From Gnetum montanum (taxonomy: Eukaryota > Plantae > Gnetophyta): 64,000 bases of DNA. Each line of letters opens with the position of its first letter. Position 1 is the stretch's first letter. The stretch lies in NCBI GenBank assembly GCA_015680685.1, contig MNCI01000967.1:534521-598520 (forward strand). Reading direction: 5' to 3'. The notes under the pieces were generated by a model. The model worked only from the letters and a program-made list of their open reading frames with translations, was not told where the DNA came from and searched no databases. Below are positions 10,901-22,800 of the stretch, piece by piece. The translations under genes and the position numbers were made by a program.

Positions 10901-13900
10901 CTTTCAATTACTTTTTTACTTTTTTCCTACTTTTTGTTAAAATATCTTTCAAGTTCAATATTTCTTAGCCATCTTCTAAATCAAACCTTTGGTTTTAATT
11001 GTTTGAAAACTTTTGTGCTTCCAAAGTTATGCTTATTAGTCATGGGGGCTAGAGATGTCCACTTTGAAATTTTGAAATTTTTCTAATATCCTATTTTTGA
11101 ACATCATGGTAACTAATAGTAATTGATCAAAATAATGTGAACAGCTTGATGATTTTAGTTACCTCATAGCCTTGGGCATAGTATGCTATCATCACCTTGT
11201 ACTTAAATGAAAACTAAAGGATCCAAAAAGGGTTAATTATTAAGGAAAATTTACTAAAACTAATGTTGATCCTTTGGTGACTACAAGTGATGCTAAAACA
11301 AATGCCTAAGGAAGAAGGTCTTTTGCAAAGCATGGAAATGAAGCCAAGAGAGGGATAATGGAGGATATGCCCATGGACAAATTGTAGCACATACAAGATA
11401 GCATCTCAAGCATCACATGTTTACTAGATCCATGGGATGATGAGAAGAAATTTTAGTCCATCCTTCAAGAATGTTGCACATAACCAGAGAAGCATTAACA
11501 TAACAATCTAGGTTAGAAGTCAGTCACTACTAGAGACAATAAGAAGAATCATCTTCAATGGATTCTTGAAGACCTCTACAAATTTTGTAATCTTCAAAGT
11601 TTGTCCAATATTTTTGTCTCTCTGTCATTTTGTATGCATCCACTCAAATAAAATTTTGTAATGTGGCACTCAGAGTCAGTCAGTTGTTGGCGTTAGTTAA
11701 TAATTCCATACCTTTCCAATTTTGTAAAGAAAGCTCAATCCTATCCTTTTAACTCAAGGATGAATTTTTATTCAATTGTGGGGGTATGATAAGTCATTAG
11801 TTGGCTGGGTTAACTGATGAAAAGTCAACTTTTTGGTTGGCTCTAATATCCTAGCCCTGATAACAAGGCTCTGATAACAAGGCCTTGATAACAAGACTTC
11901 AATAACAAGGCCCCAATAACAAGGCTTCGATAACAAGGTCCCAATAACAAGGCTCCGATAACAAGGCCTCATCGATGCATCATTTCATGCATCGACGAGG
12001 CCCCGTCAACACATCCTAGCAATAAAATCTATAAATACATACTCACAGCCATGTTTATGCAATTCTTTTGTCAATAGAGTAGTCAAACTCTTGTAGTTTT
12101 CTTTCATAATCTTAGAGAATAGTCAGTGAGTGCCCGTAGTATGGATCTAAGTCAGTTGTACAACATCTTATTTGAGTGGCAATGTACCTAGACACATTCC
12201 ATGAATGACAATAAGATCAAGATTAATTGTTATTCATTGCGGCACTTTGACTTAGATTAAATTTACTTTTAATGTAATTTATATTCCATGTAGTTAGTTA
12301 ATATTTATGTTTCCATGCATGTTAATTAATTGGTAGAATGAGCATGACTAGTTTTGAGCGTAAACATGTATTCGCTTGGTAATCCCAACAGTGTTATTAC
12401 TTGGTTCACCGAGTAGCATAGTGCTTGGTAATTCTAGTAGTAGATATGTGGGTTCATGACATGTATGGCAAGTTGGGAATGGATACTCATCACCCATAGG
12501 CTAGTTTAGAATTTATTTTCAATTGTTAATTAGTTTAAACAAATGATTTCATTATTATTGTTAGGAGTAGCATAAGGTCGAAACAACATCAACAATCATA
12601 TGCCTCACTCTAAACTAGACCATACATGACAAAGCTACCACTAGTCCAATTGGAAAGATAGTGAAGTGTAATTAAGGCATAATGATCTAGATGCCACAAC
12701 TAGTCACATCCACGAAATTCGATCAGATCATGCATGAATGCTTGTGATTTGTATAGCTGGGCATAGGGGGTACCTCGCCACTCATCAACATTTTAATTAC
12801 CTAAAATAGTAATATTATTCTTAAAAGAAAAAAAATATTCCTAAAATTTTCAAGATAAAATAATTTTTAAGATTTTCCAGAACCTAAGAGTAACTAACTT
12901 ATCAATATTACCATTACAATAAATAATACATTTTTGCAATTGATCTAAGAGCTAGATAAAATGCAATAATCCTCCACTCTAGCTAAAAGAGTATTAATAT
13001 ATTGTAAAGAATTATTGGTCATAAAAAAGAATCATCTACTAAGTACATGTTAAGCAATTTTATATCTTAATCATTAATTGAAACTTTCTTAATAATATTC
13101 TTTATATATTATAATGTAGATTATGTGAAAGAAAGTCTATAGTAACAACAAAAAATAGGGGTTTAGAGGACAACCTTGATGAACTAACTATTGAAGAGAA
13201 AATAAGGAACTTAATCCAAAATTAGTAGCAAGCATTAGCATCAGTGAGTAGGATATGGATAAGATGAACAAAATAATAATGAAATCCTAGTTTACAAAGA
13301 AAAGAAATAATAAAATTCCATTCAATCATATCATAAGCTTTGGCATAAAAGAAATATCTTGGTTAGTATTAGAAACTCACTACATTCCCTTCCAAGCTAA
13401 AATAACATTATTTAAGATATGTCTACCTTTAACAAAACTAGTCTACTTAGGTCTAATGATATCTTCAATAACCTTCTAAATTTGGCAATTCATGTATTTA
13501 GCTAAAATTTTATAAGTCTTTTTAAGAAGAGTAATAGGCCTCTAATTATCAATATGTTGAAGACTTGCATTCTTTACAAGAAGATGAATCATGCATTTAT
13601 TAATATTTTTAACAAAACAAACTTTTTAATGGCTTTTTGGAAAACATGAAATTGATCATCTCTAACAATGTCCTAATGATCTTTAAAAATTTAATTAAAA
13701 AGCCATCAAAACCTCAAGATTTACCATCTACTAAACTAAAGGTTGCTACTTTGATTTCTTTTATTGTAATTTTAGCTTTACTAATACTTTGATATGCTTC
13801 TATTATAAGATGAGGAATATGCATACTAGAGGCTTGGAAGAATTCCTTGCTAAAATATTTTTAAAAATAGAAGAAAAATGATTTGCTAAAAAAAACTATC

Positions 13901-15289
13901 ATAATCTCAGAATCTTTAATGATAGAATCATTTATAAAAATTTATTCTAGTCTAGATACTTGAACCTTTTCTTTTAGAATTTTAAAAAATTCCTTAAAAT
14001 GTTTATCTTTAATTTTTAGCAAGCTCATGAAACTTTTAGTACAACACTTTTAGCTTCAAAATCATCTTAACATTATTTATAATAACAAAATTTAGGTAAG
14101 ACTTTTCAAGTTTCAAAATAAGATGGATTCTAGTCTAAAATAATTTTTGTCTTCTTAATAGATTCTACAAGATCTTCCTCAACTTGATGCTTATGCTTAG
14201 CAAATTTCTTTCCAAACCATCTAGCACAATTTTTAACTCTACAAGTAGTTCACTACCACTAATCAACTTAAATAATTTCACTAGAAGTTGTTTTTTCCAT
14301 TTCAATAATACTTCAAAATACTTTTCCTACTAGGTCTTATGAACATATTATCATTCATACAAAAAAGCTTGTGCTTTTAAAAGGAGGGACTAATTCCAAG
14401 GAGAAAAATGCTAATAGGAAACTGGTCCAACAAAGTAACATCTTTATGCACTTTTACTTTCTTTGTAAACTTCCAAAGAAAAAATTAAATATATAAAATC
14501 TAAAGTCAACAATAAATTCTCTCATTTCTTTTTTGATAATTACACTAAGTATAATGTTTTTCATTTGAATGATGTGGAAATAAAGAGCAAACTTTAAAAA
14601 GAAAGGATTTTTCTTTAAAATTGCACCAACCTTCTTTTTATTAAGAAGACATATTAGGAGAAAGATCACCAAGTTTATCTAAATTACTTTCAACAATATT
14701 AAAATCACCGCTAAAAATACATGGAACTTTAGGTAGATATAGAAGATATTTCAAAATCTCTAATTGATCTTTCAAATTATTAGAAGCATAAATATTATAT
14801 AGTCTAAAGTCTCTTTCTACACTATGTAAAGTACTCCAAGTAACTCTTCTAAGATTGTCAAAATCAAAATTTAAAACTTTTCTAGTCTAATTTTTATTAA
14901 CAAGAATAGTAACATCCCCTTTATTAATTTCATGAGTAGTAGAAAAAATAATGCGATTTTTAAAAATGAATTTAGCAAAAGAAAAAAAAAACTAATATCA
15001 TGCACTAAAATCTTAATTTCTAGTACGAAAAGTAAAATCATATTGCACACCTTACACTCTTCGTCATCTTTTGAAGTTGAGTCTGTTACTTCCTTAACCA
15101 CAACAACTTTCTCTTTGTTTTTGTAGTTTTCATGTTCATTGTCTCTTTTCTTCTAGTTATTCTTACTTTTGTTAAAGGCTTGTTTGGTCCTTTTCTTTAC
15201 TATCTTTAATGTTGTAGCAAACTTCTCATCTACTAAATTCCACATTTTTCTACCTTTGTTGCAATATCATTAACTAATTTCTAGATAGG

Positions 15290-17780
15290 TAGAGTCTTTC
15301 GTTGGATCTTATTGTCTAATGTGTCTTACTCTTATGATTCACATATCCTTACATCCCTTTTTCTAATTGTTGGATCTCTATTATAATCTTTAGCTAATTC
15401 CCTTTTTCTGAGCTCTCCTTCCTCTTTTGCCACTTGATCTATTAGCCTTTAGATCTGATGAGCTATCATCTCAAATAATCTACCTTGGACATATACCCCA
15501 AGGGTTTCTCTTATCTTGTTCCTTAACCCATCAATGATATGTCAGTTATTCTGGTTGAGAAAATCTGTGACTTGGGCATCTATGCAATAAGTAGTAGTAC
15601 CTATCCATTACTATATCAAGGGATTCGTGTGTCTTTTATTTATCTATTTTATCAAATTTGACACTATGGAATAGGTTTGATATTTGTTATTAAAGAGTTC
15701 TAGCATGGTACTTCATCTTCTAATTTGTACCAACTCTTTGCTTCCTTTATAAATGTTTTAGGAAACAACTTCGATTTTTGCCAATCATTTTTTATGTTTT
15801 GTAAAGCACAAGCATCATGAAAGACTTGAAGATGGTATTGTGAGTTTGCATTGTATCCACCTTCGAATTTTGGAATATTATTCATTTCATGTTACTTGCT
15901 GTGATTGTCCCTTAAATGCCTAGTAGGAATGTACATAGCTTTCCTAATGTTGATCATGTTACGAGTAACCAACTAGGGTTCTTCATAGTGTTCAGGTTTC
16001 TGAGCTCTATTGTAGTGCTGATTCCCTCCAATGTTTATGATTCTTTCTCCTCTCATGTTTGATACTTGCTTTCCTTCCATCATGATTATCTTCCTCTTCA
16101 TTAGGATATCTTCTTCTATGTATGTCTCCCATGGTCCCTCCTTCTTTCTTCATCATGATCCCTTAGTTTTTGTTCTTACTTGTCAAAATCTGTTGATGAA
16201 TGTGAGAAAGAAGAAGATGGAAAAGTTAGAGAACAATGTCAACTAGTGCTCCTTTTGTGACTCTATGATTCATCTCTTTTGGATTCAATGGAGGTCTTAG
16301 GCCTAGAATTCCTCTTAAATTTGGAGTCCTTCTTTAGTCCAAGGGTTTTTGCAAAAGCTAAATGTAGTTTTATTTTAAGAGAGATCTTCAAAGTAGATTA
16401 TTGATGTTTGGGAATAAGAGCCATGAGTTTGATAAAATTTCTTAGTTTAAAATATAGCATCTTCTTTATCTTCTAGGACAACTATTTGAAATGCCTTCTT
16501 TCCTATGTCATGTTCATACATTGCCTCCATGATGGTATCCCTTCTTGCTTGAGCATTCATTGCCTAATATAGCCTAATCATATTTTTATTGACTTGATAT
16601 CCTTCTTGCATATGGCCAAGACCTAAACCTCATGAGGATTACTTGAAGCATTGATGATGTTGAACATTTAGGTAGCAAGACAATGTGTCCCTAGTGAAAA
16701 ACGAATGTAAAATTAAGATAATAAGGATTAGTATGAGCATATGAAATCTTGGTTTACATTGGTGCATTCCAATCTTCTTTATTGTAATCTTTGTTACGAC
16801 TTTCATTAAAATCAATAGCAGGTGGAGATTTTTCTTTAGTTGTAAACACCATGTTAATTGTTTCAATGCTTAAGTGTGTACATTTTAAGAAATTATTTTG
16901 AATATGAGAGATATACTTTGTTATGCTTAATACAATGAACTTTATAAAATCAACTATCTAGCAAACACTTAACCATACAAATCACAAGTGTTCATGCAAT
17001 GTAAGTAAATTAGAAAATTGATGTTAAGTTCATGATTGTTGTCTTCCCGCTTAGAGTTAACAAGGTACAAATCGTATGACTTAACTCTTAATGAGGCATA
17101 TGATAAACTAATGTTGTTTGACTTTAAATGTGCTAAGAGTAAGCACGATCAAAATAATTGTAAATTCTAATGCTAAGTACAACGAAAATGTAAGTTTATT
17201 CTATCCTATCAACAATAAGTATATATTCCTAGTTTTCCATACACATCATGGGCCAATGTAACTATTACTAGAATTACCAAGTAACTTTCCTACTGAACGA
17301 ATCAAGCAAAGTCACTACTGAGTTACCAAACAGTTACACTTAATGCTCGAAACCAATCATATTTATTCTACCTTACTAATAGACATTAGAATATTAAAGG
17401 ACTTAGGAAATGTAAATGACTGAATAAAAGTAAACATGATGAAAAGTAAATTTATGCTAAATGAAATGTTGTAATGATGAAGAACAATCTTGATCTTTAT
17501 TGTCATTCATGAATTGTCTAAAAACAATCCACTCAAATAAAGATTTTGTATAACTATAATTCACCACACAATGAGCATTCACTCACTCTTTTAACTTACA
17601 AAAACAAACTGCAAAAAATTTCACTAAGCATTGGTAAAAAGTTCTTGTTTCGATGCAATAGTGGATTGATATTTATAAACATGACCATGGTCCACTACAT
17701 CACATTTATGATGATGTATGCAAAACTACGATATCGTAGAAGGACAAATGGTTTTATCACCAAATAAGCACTTCATAATG
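15290..17780 (-). mobile_element. Old truncated Athila-like element (family D): 5' LTR ~17780-16950 plus gag relic
   Basis: ORF 15700-15885 NIPKFEGG..HLQVFHDAC..KLFPKTF..EAKSWY is homologous to the gag at ~7420; LTR blocks GGGAAGACAA and CTTGGTAA on the minus strand. Confidence 0.75.
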
Positions 17781-17875
17781 CAAATTTTTTCTTATCTAAC
17801 AAAAATACTACTAACTCAAATATTAAAACTAGTGTCAACAAGAATGTTGCAATTGATAATAAAAATTCATGACAT

Positions 17876-17994
17876 AAGATCAATAACAAGTAACAAGCTA
17901 AAGATCTTCCACAAGAAGTACCACTTTGTTAGCTTTGTATAACAAGTAACAAGCTAAAGATCAATAACAAGTAACAAGCTAAAGATCTTCCACA
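17876..17994. repeat. Short tandem duplications (ATAACAAGTAACAAGCTAAAGATC x3)
   Basis: Read directly. Confidence 0.85.
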
Positions 17995-18413
17995 AATATT
18001 GGTATTAACTTTCTATTTTACAAACATGAATGTTAAAAAGTGATGTAAAGCTTGTTAGGACTGGAACCTTACTCTTACTAATAATTAATTTTCTCCACTT
18101 TTTTTTTATTTTTTAAGTGAGTTATACACCAAAGTAGACATTCCTAAAACTAGAAATTTTTGATAACATTTACTCAATGCCAAGTGTGTGATGTACTCTA
18201 CATTTTCTTTGCTTTTTTTTTTTTTTTTGTTGAACACAATACTTTATATCATAAAGACTCAAAGAATTATACATTTAAGACCACATCTCACAAATTATTA
18301 ATTCAATCCTCATATGTATCATTCATTACTTCAATACATGCCTTTGTTACAATCCTCTCTATTAAACCTTCATCTAGTACCAATGTTGGGAATACAAAAC
18401 ATGCTACTCATGT

Positions 18414-18451
<38 letters not shown>

Positions 18452-19269
18452 CAAAAAAAACTTCAATTTCAACAACGCAAAAGCAATTACATTATTTGTT
18501 AAAATTTCAAAGGATATTCAATTGGTTAAAAAAATGCTTTGAACTATCCTATTTAAATTTCAAGCAAAATTTGCATTAGAAATTCATTTTTTATAGAAAA
18601 TTTTACATTTATTTTTAAAAATTAATTATATTAAAACTAAAAATTGTTTTAACTTGTGACCAAAATCAACAAATCTATTAAAGCAATTGAGTTTCAATAA
18701 AACTTTTTATAATGCTTATACATCAAAGTCTCAACATATTATCCCACATGATTTGTAGAATGCAAACATATCATGTAATGTTAATGAGGTTAGCTAAGTG
18801 ATAAAAGTTTTGGCGTGAAGTCACAAATCAAAATGAAGTCACAAATTCATTTCCAATAGACCACCAATTAATGAAATAAATTGGGTAAACAAAATTGTAA
18901 AACTAGGTAAAATAATTGTAAAACTAGTGTGATCCAATAGGGCATCAAGGTCAACATAAGTAAAAATTCAGTTTCATTAACATAAATAATAATATTTAGC
19001 AAGAAAGCAATCAAGTATCATAGCTCTTGAAATCCATTACAAATAGTTTATGAGAATTCTATTGTAAACCCTCAAATGGTATGTGAAAATTTCATATTAA
19101 ACACAATTAAATGTTCAAAATAAAAATAAAAGCTATGCCAGGTGGACATGTGTATTAGAAGAATTATAAAGGAATATAATAATGCTTCAATTGTGACCCA
19201 AACTAGCAACCTATTACCTTAAGGGTGACACAAAATAGCAACCTCCTATTTTTATTTTTTTTTTTAAAA

Positions 19270-19560
19270 AAGAAGCATAGTAGGTAATAGTTTTTAATAC
19301 TTCATAACAAATGATTTATCAGAATTCAGCATCAAACACATAACAGATGATTTATCAGAAAGCATAGTAGGTAATAGTTTTTAGAACGGGACTTCACATA
19401 ACAAAGAATGAAACAAACTAAAATGATGCTCAAAATTTTAACCTTCATAGGAAAAGTAATTTTGATTTTTCAGAAAGCATAGTAGGCAATAGTTTTTAAA
19501 ACGGGACTTCACATAACAAAGAATGAAACAAACTAAAATGATGCTCAAAAGTAATTTTGA
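19270..19560. repeat. Direct repeats downstream of the HISN1 stop (about 80-bp unit x2 plus partial copy)
   Basis: CAGAAAGCATAGTAGG...AAATGATGCTCAAAA at ~19356 and ~19471. Confidence 0.85.
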
Positions 19561-19788
19561 TTTGTTAGGTAGGAATCCCCGAATAACAAGCTCAAGAATG
19601 AATGTATTCTAAATGATTAGAAAGCAGCCACTTAAATATTATCCAGAAACCCCCACGTTTTATTTAAAAAATTCTTGAAATGAAGCAAGGAAGAGAGCAA
19701 TTAAATAAATAAGAAGAAATCACGTTCCTAGCTGGTACATGCCAGAAATATCAAAAGGATCATAGAAGTTGATAGCATCTGGTAACCA

Positions 19789-19890
19789 CTAAGAATTTAT
19801 ATTTAATTCATCAGCCAGCTTTCGCCATCGAGGTGGTTCCTCATCAAAAATGTATGTTAATGGAGAAACAAGAACACCACTACCTGCTAT
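19789..19890 (-). CDS. HISN1: HISN1 exon 11 ([33 protein letters not shown])
   Basis: CTGCAG acceptor, TAG stop at 19791-19789. Confidence 0.95.
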   Translation of the reverse strand: MAGSGVLVSPLTYIFDEEPPRWRKLADELNINS

Positions 19891-22800
19891 CTGCAGCAAT
19901 TTTAAAACTAATTTATTGATAAAGTAATCATAGGTGATAGCATTGTAACAATTTCTAAAATACATTGTTTAAAACATACCTTTCGGAGATCACGTACAGC
20001 TTCATAGAGTTGTCTCTTAGGCACACAAATGACAATAGCAAAATAATCTACCTTAATTTCTCCATCTCTTATGCAATATACAGGACACACGGTAGGGCCC
20101 TTCACCAACGTAGAACATTTATGTTTAACCCTTCTGCATGCACTCTGTATTCAGATTTCTAAACAAAACATTAAAAAAATAATCATACCTGTAAACCAGG
20201 AAAACTAGTTTCATTCAGTATCCTTTCTGCTACTTCTTCTGCCGAATTTCCTCTCATGTTAGCTGTGATCTTAGATACAAGAAATTTCAAATTAAACATC
20301 AACATAATGTACACATCCCATAAAAATTCAATGAAAAATCTGTTCTTAAGTCCTACCAACAGCCCAGCTTATCCTTATTTACATTTGGACCAAGGCCATC
20401 TGAATAGGAAAGTACTATTAGATCAATACCGTAAATTCGCCAGAAGCTCTGAGATGAGCTTCTAACCTTTCTAGCATCTCATGAGCAGCCTCGAGTATCT
20501 CTTTTCTTTGGACCAAAGCTTTCCTGCTTGCAATTAAAACACCCTACAATGGTGCAACAGAAAAACATAACTGACAGAACAATATTATTCACCCTATAGT
20601 CTTATGATAACCATCATTCCAACTTAGTAGTGTTACAAGAAAAGCATTGGTAGTGAACATATAACTACATTAAAAAACTAAGAAACGGTATAACAACTGC
20701 TACATGAAATTTAACTACTCAATGCCAACCATTCAATTGTGGCCAAGACTGATTATACAGTAAGAAAAATCATCAAAGCAATTCTTTAATGAGAAAAAAA
20801 TTACTGAAACTGAAACTATGAAACTATTTTTACTTATATCTGAAGCCATTATGGACCTATTGGACTAGTTCAATTTTAACTCTTTTTTTTATGCTTGAAT
20901 ACCTTATTAGCAGCCTGTTGGAATAAAACATGGGACTCACAGAAATCAAGCCGTATGCCTAAGGCCTTTAGGGGTACAACATATTGTTTAAAGAAAGCTT
21001 TAAACAGTTTCATATGGCAATTGACAATTTAAATTAATATTTAGACTTGGTTACATCTTAGACATGAGCTAGATGGACAGATTTGTATACTAACATGAAT
21101 GTTGAGTGTAACTAGGAAATATTGAATCAACTCTCATTCAAGGAAATTTGAGAGTAGCTCCTATAGATGAAAGGTTAAAGAAAGTCATCTTGGATATTAC
21201 GAACACCAGAAAATGCTCCTGCTAGAAAAGGTCATCTTATTAAAGCTAAGGTAACTAACCCAAGAGGCAAATTAAAACATACTTGGTTTGCTTGCATAAA
21301 GAAAGACACCCAAGATTTGAGAATTTATGTGTTTTTAGCTCTTAATAAAAGCAAATGGCATAAAAGAACTTATATAGCCAGCTCCATGGAATTGGGTAAG
21401 GCTAGGATGATGATGACAACATAAACTATATGAACACAAACAAGCCACCAAGCATGTAATTTTGTCTTATCCCCTTTATTGAATCCAATTGCTAGCTTTC
21501 TCAAAACATCCCTTTCTATGCTCCCTCCCCTCTATCATGACACTCTTAGCTATTTTATTGGAACAACATGCGATGCTTCCAGATTTGATTAGCGATCCTT
21601 CAAGCCAAGCCTCTACTCTTATGCTATTTTATGACCTGTCAGATAATTTATATAAATCCCTTGCTCAAAAGATTTCTGGAGGATATGTATTCATGCAAAT
21701 TATGGGTTATTTACCTATTTTTAAGCTTTTTGAACCATTTAATATAGTGTGGAAAGATCAAGATTTGGAAGCCCTTCATGCACATTATCTTTCAGTTCAT
21801 TTATGTTGGTAGAATTTGTTGATCAACAATGGTTTCTAAGGCCCTAAATATTGGCATTTTTAATCATTCTCACATTTTATTGATTATTCAAAAATGGACT
21901 CCTACATTTGATCTAGCATCCCCTATGGTTGTTGAATTGTTAAATCTGCCACTGATATTTGAAAAACATGAAAAGGATATTCTCTTAAATTGGACCAATT
22001 AAGCATTTTGAAACCCTAGCTGCAATTAGTAGTTTCTGTAAGACTTGATATATGATTGATGTGGATCTTAACTTGCTTATGCGAGAAATTCTTGTGTGCT
22101 GGCTGAATTAGTTATGTGCAACCAATTTTATATTATATCCTTCTAAAGTCATGTCACTTTTGTCATCAAGAGAGTCATATATTTAACTCATATCCTTTTA
22201 TACTTTGAAAAAGGGCAATGCGAGTACATCAACAACAAGATGCTACAAATCTTTTAACTCATATCCTTTTATACTTCGAAAAAGGGCAATGCGAGTACAT
22301 CAACAACAAGGTGCTACCAATCCTACTCAAGTTGGTTCTGCTTAAGTTTCAGCAGCTAACCATCCCTCTTCTTTTAATGATTTTCAGCAGAATGTGTCTT
22401 CAAGGAATGTTCCAGTCAATCCAATTCCAAAGAAATCATTAATGGCTAAGGGAAACAAATATATGTTCTTAAAACCTCACAAACACCTATTTGATTTAGA
22501 TAACTTCCAAACAGTTTTACAGAACAAAAAATGCTAAAGAAATTCATCTCTTAGTGAATACATACCGAATCTTCATAATGGTCAATATTTTATAAAATTA
22601 AAACTGAAATTGTTTACTTATGGTCCACTCAGACCCCTTGGATTTATTGGACCAGTTTCATGATTCATTTTTCCAATTTTTTTTTAAATTTATAAGTGCT
22701 GCCTCGTAGAATCAAACCTATAACTTGGGATTATCAAGCCAAGACGCTTACCACTAAGCTAACACCTCATAATGGACAACATTTTCAAGATAGTCCATTT

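Larger units (their letters stand above)
5749..12787 (+). mobile_element. Complete non-autonomous Athila-like LTR retrotransposon (gag only, family C)
   Basis: LTRs 5749-6692 and 11787-12787; TSD GCATT/ACATT; degenerate PBS TTGGTTTTGTTGCCGAGGA; PPT GTGGGGGTA; Retrotrans_gag-like ORF; no RT/RH/IN motifs seen. Confidence 0.88.
3700..15250 (-). mobile_element. Heavily decayed L1-type LINE, split by the gypsy element at 5749-12787
   Basis: Minus-strand relics: SGDFN (endonuclease, ~14700), K-S-x-GFDGF (~13710), AKAYDMIEW (~13330), HQGCPLNPY (~13170), LVDDS (~13035), LLGI (~5530); many stops; boundaries approximate. Confidence 0.7.

Noticed and set aside
18160-18579. Poly-Lys ORFs
   Set aside because: Produced by an A-homopolymer in AT-rich DNA; possible DNA-transposon relic too faint to call
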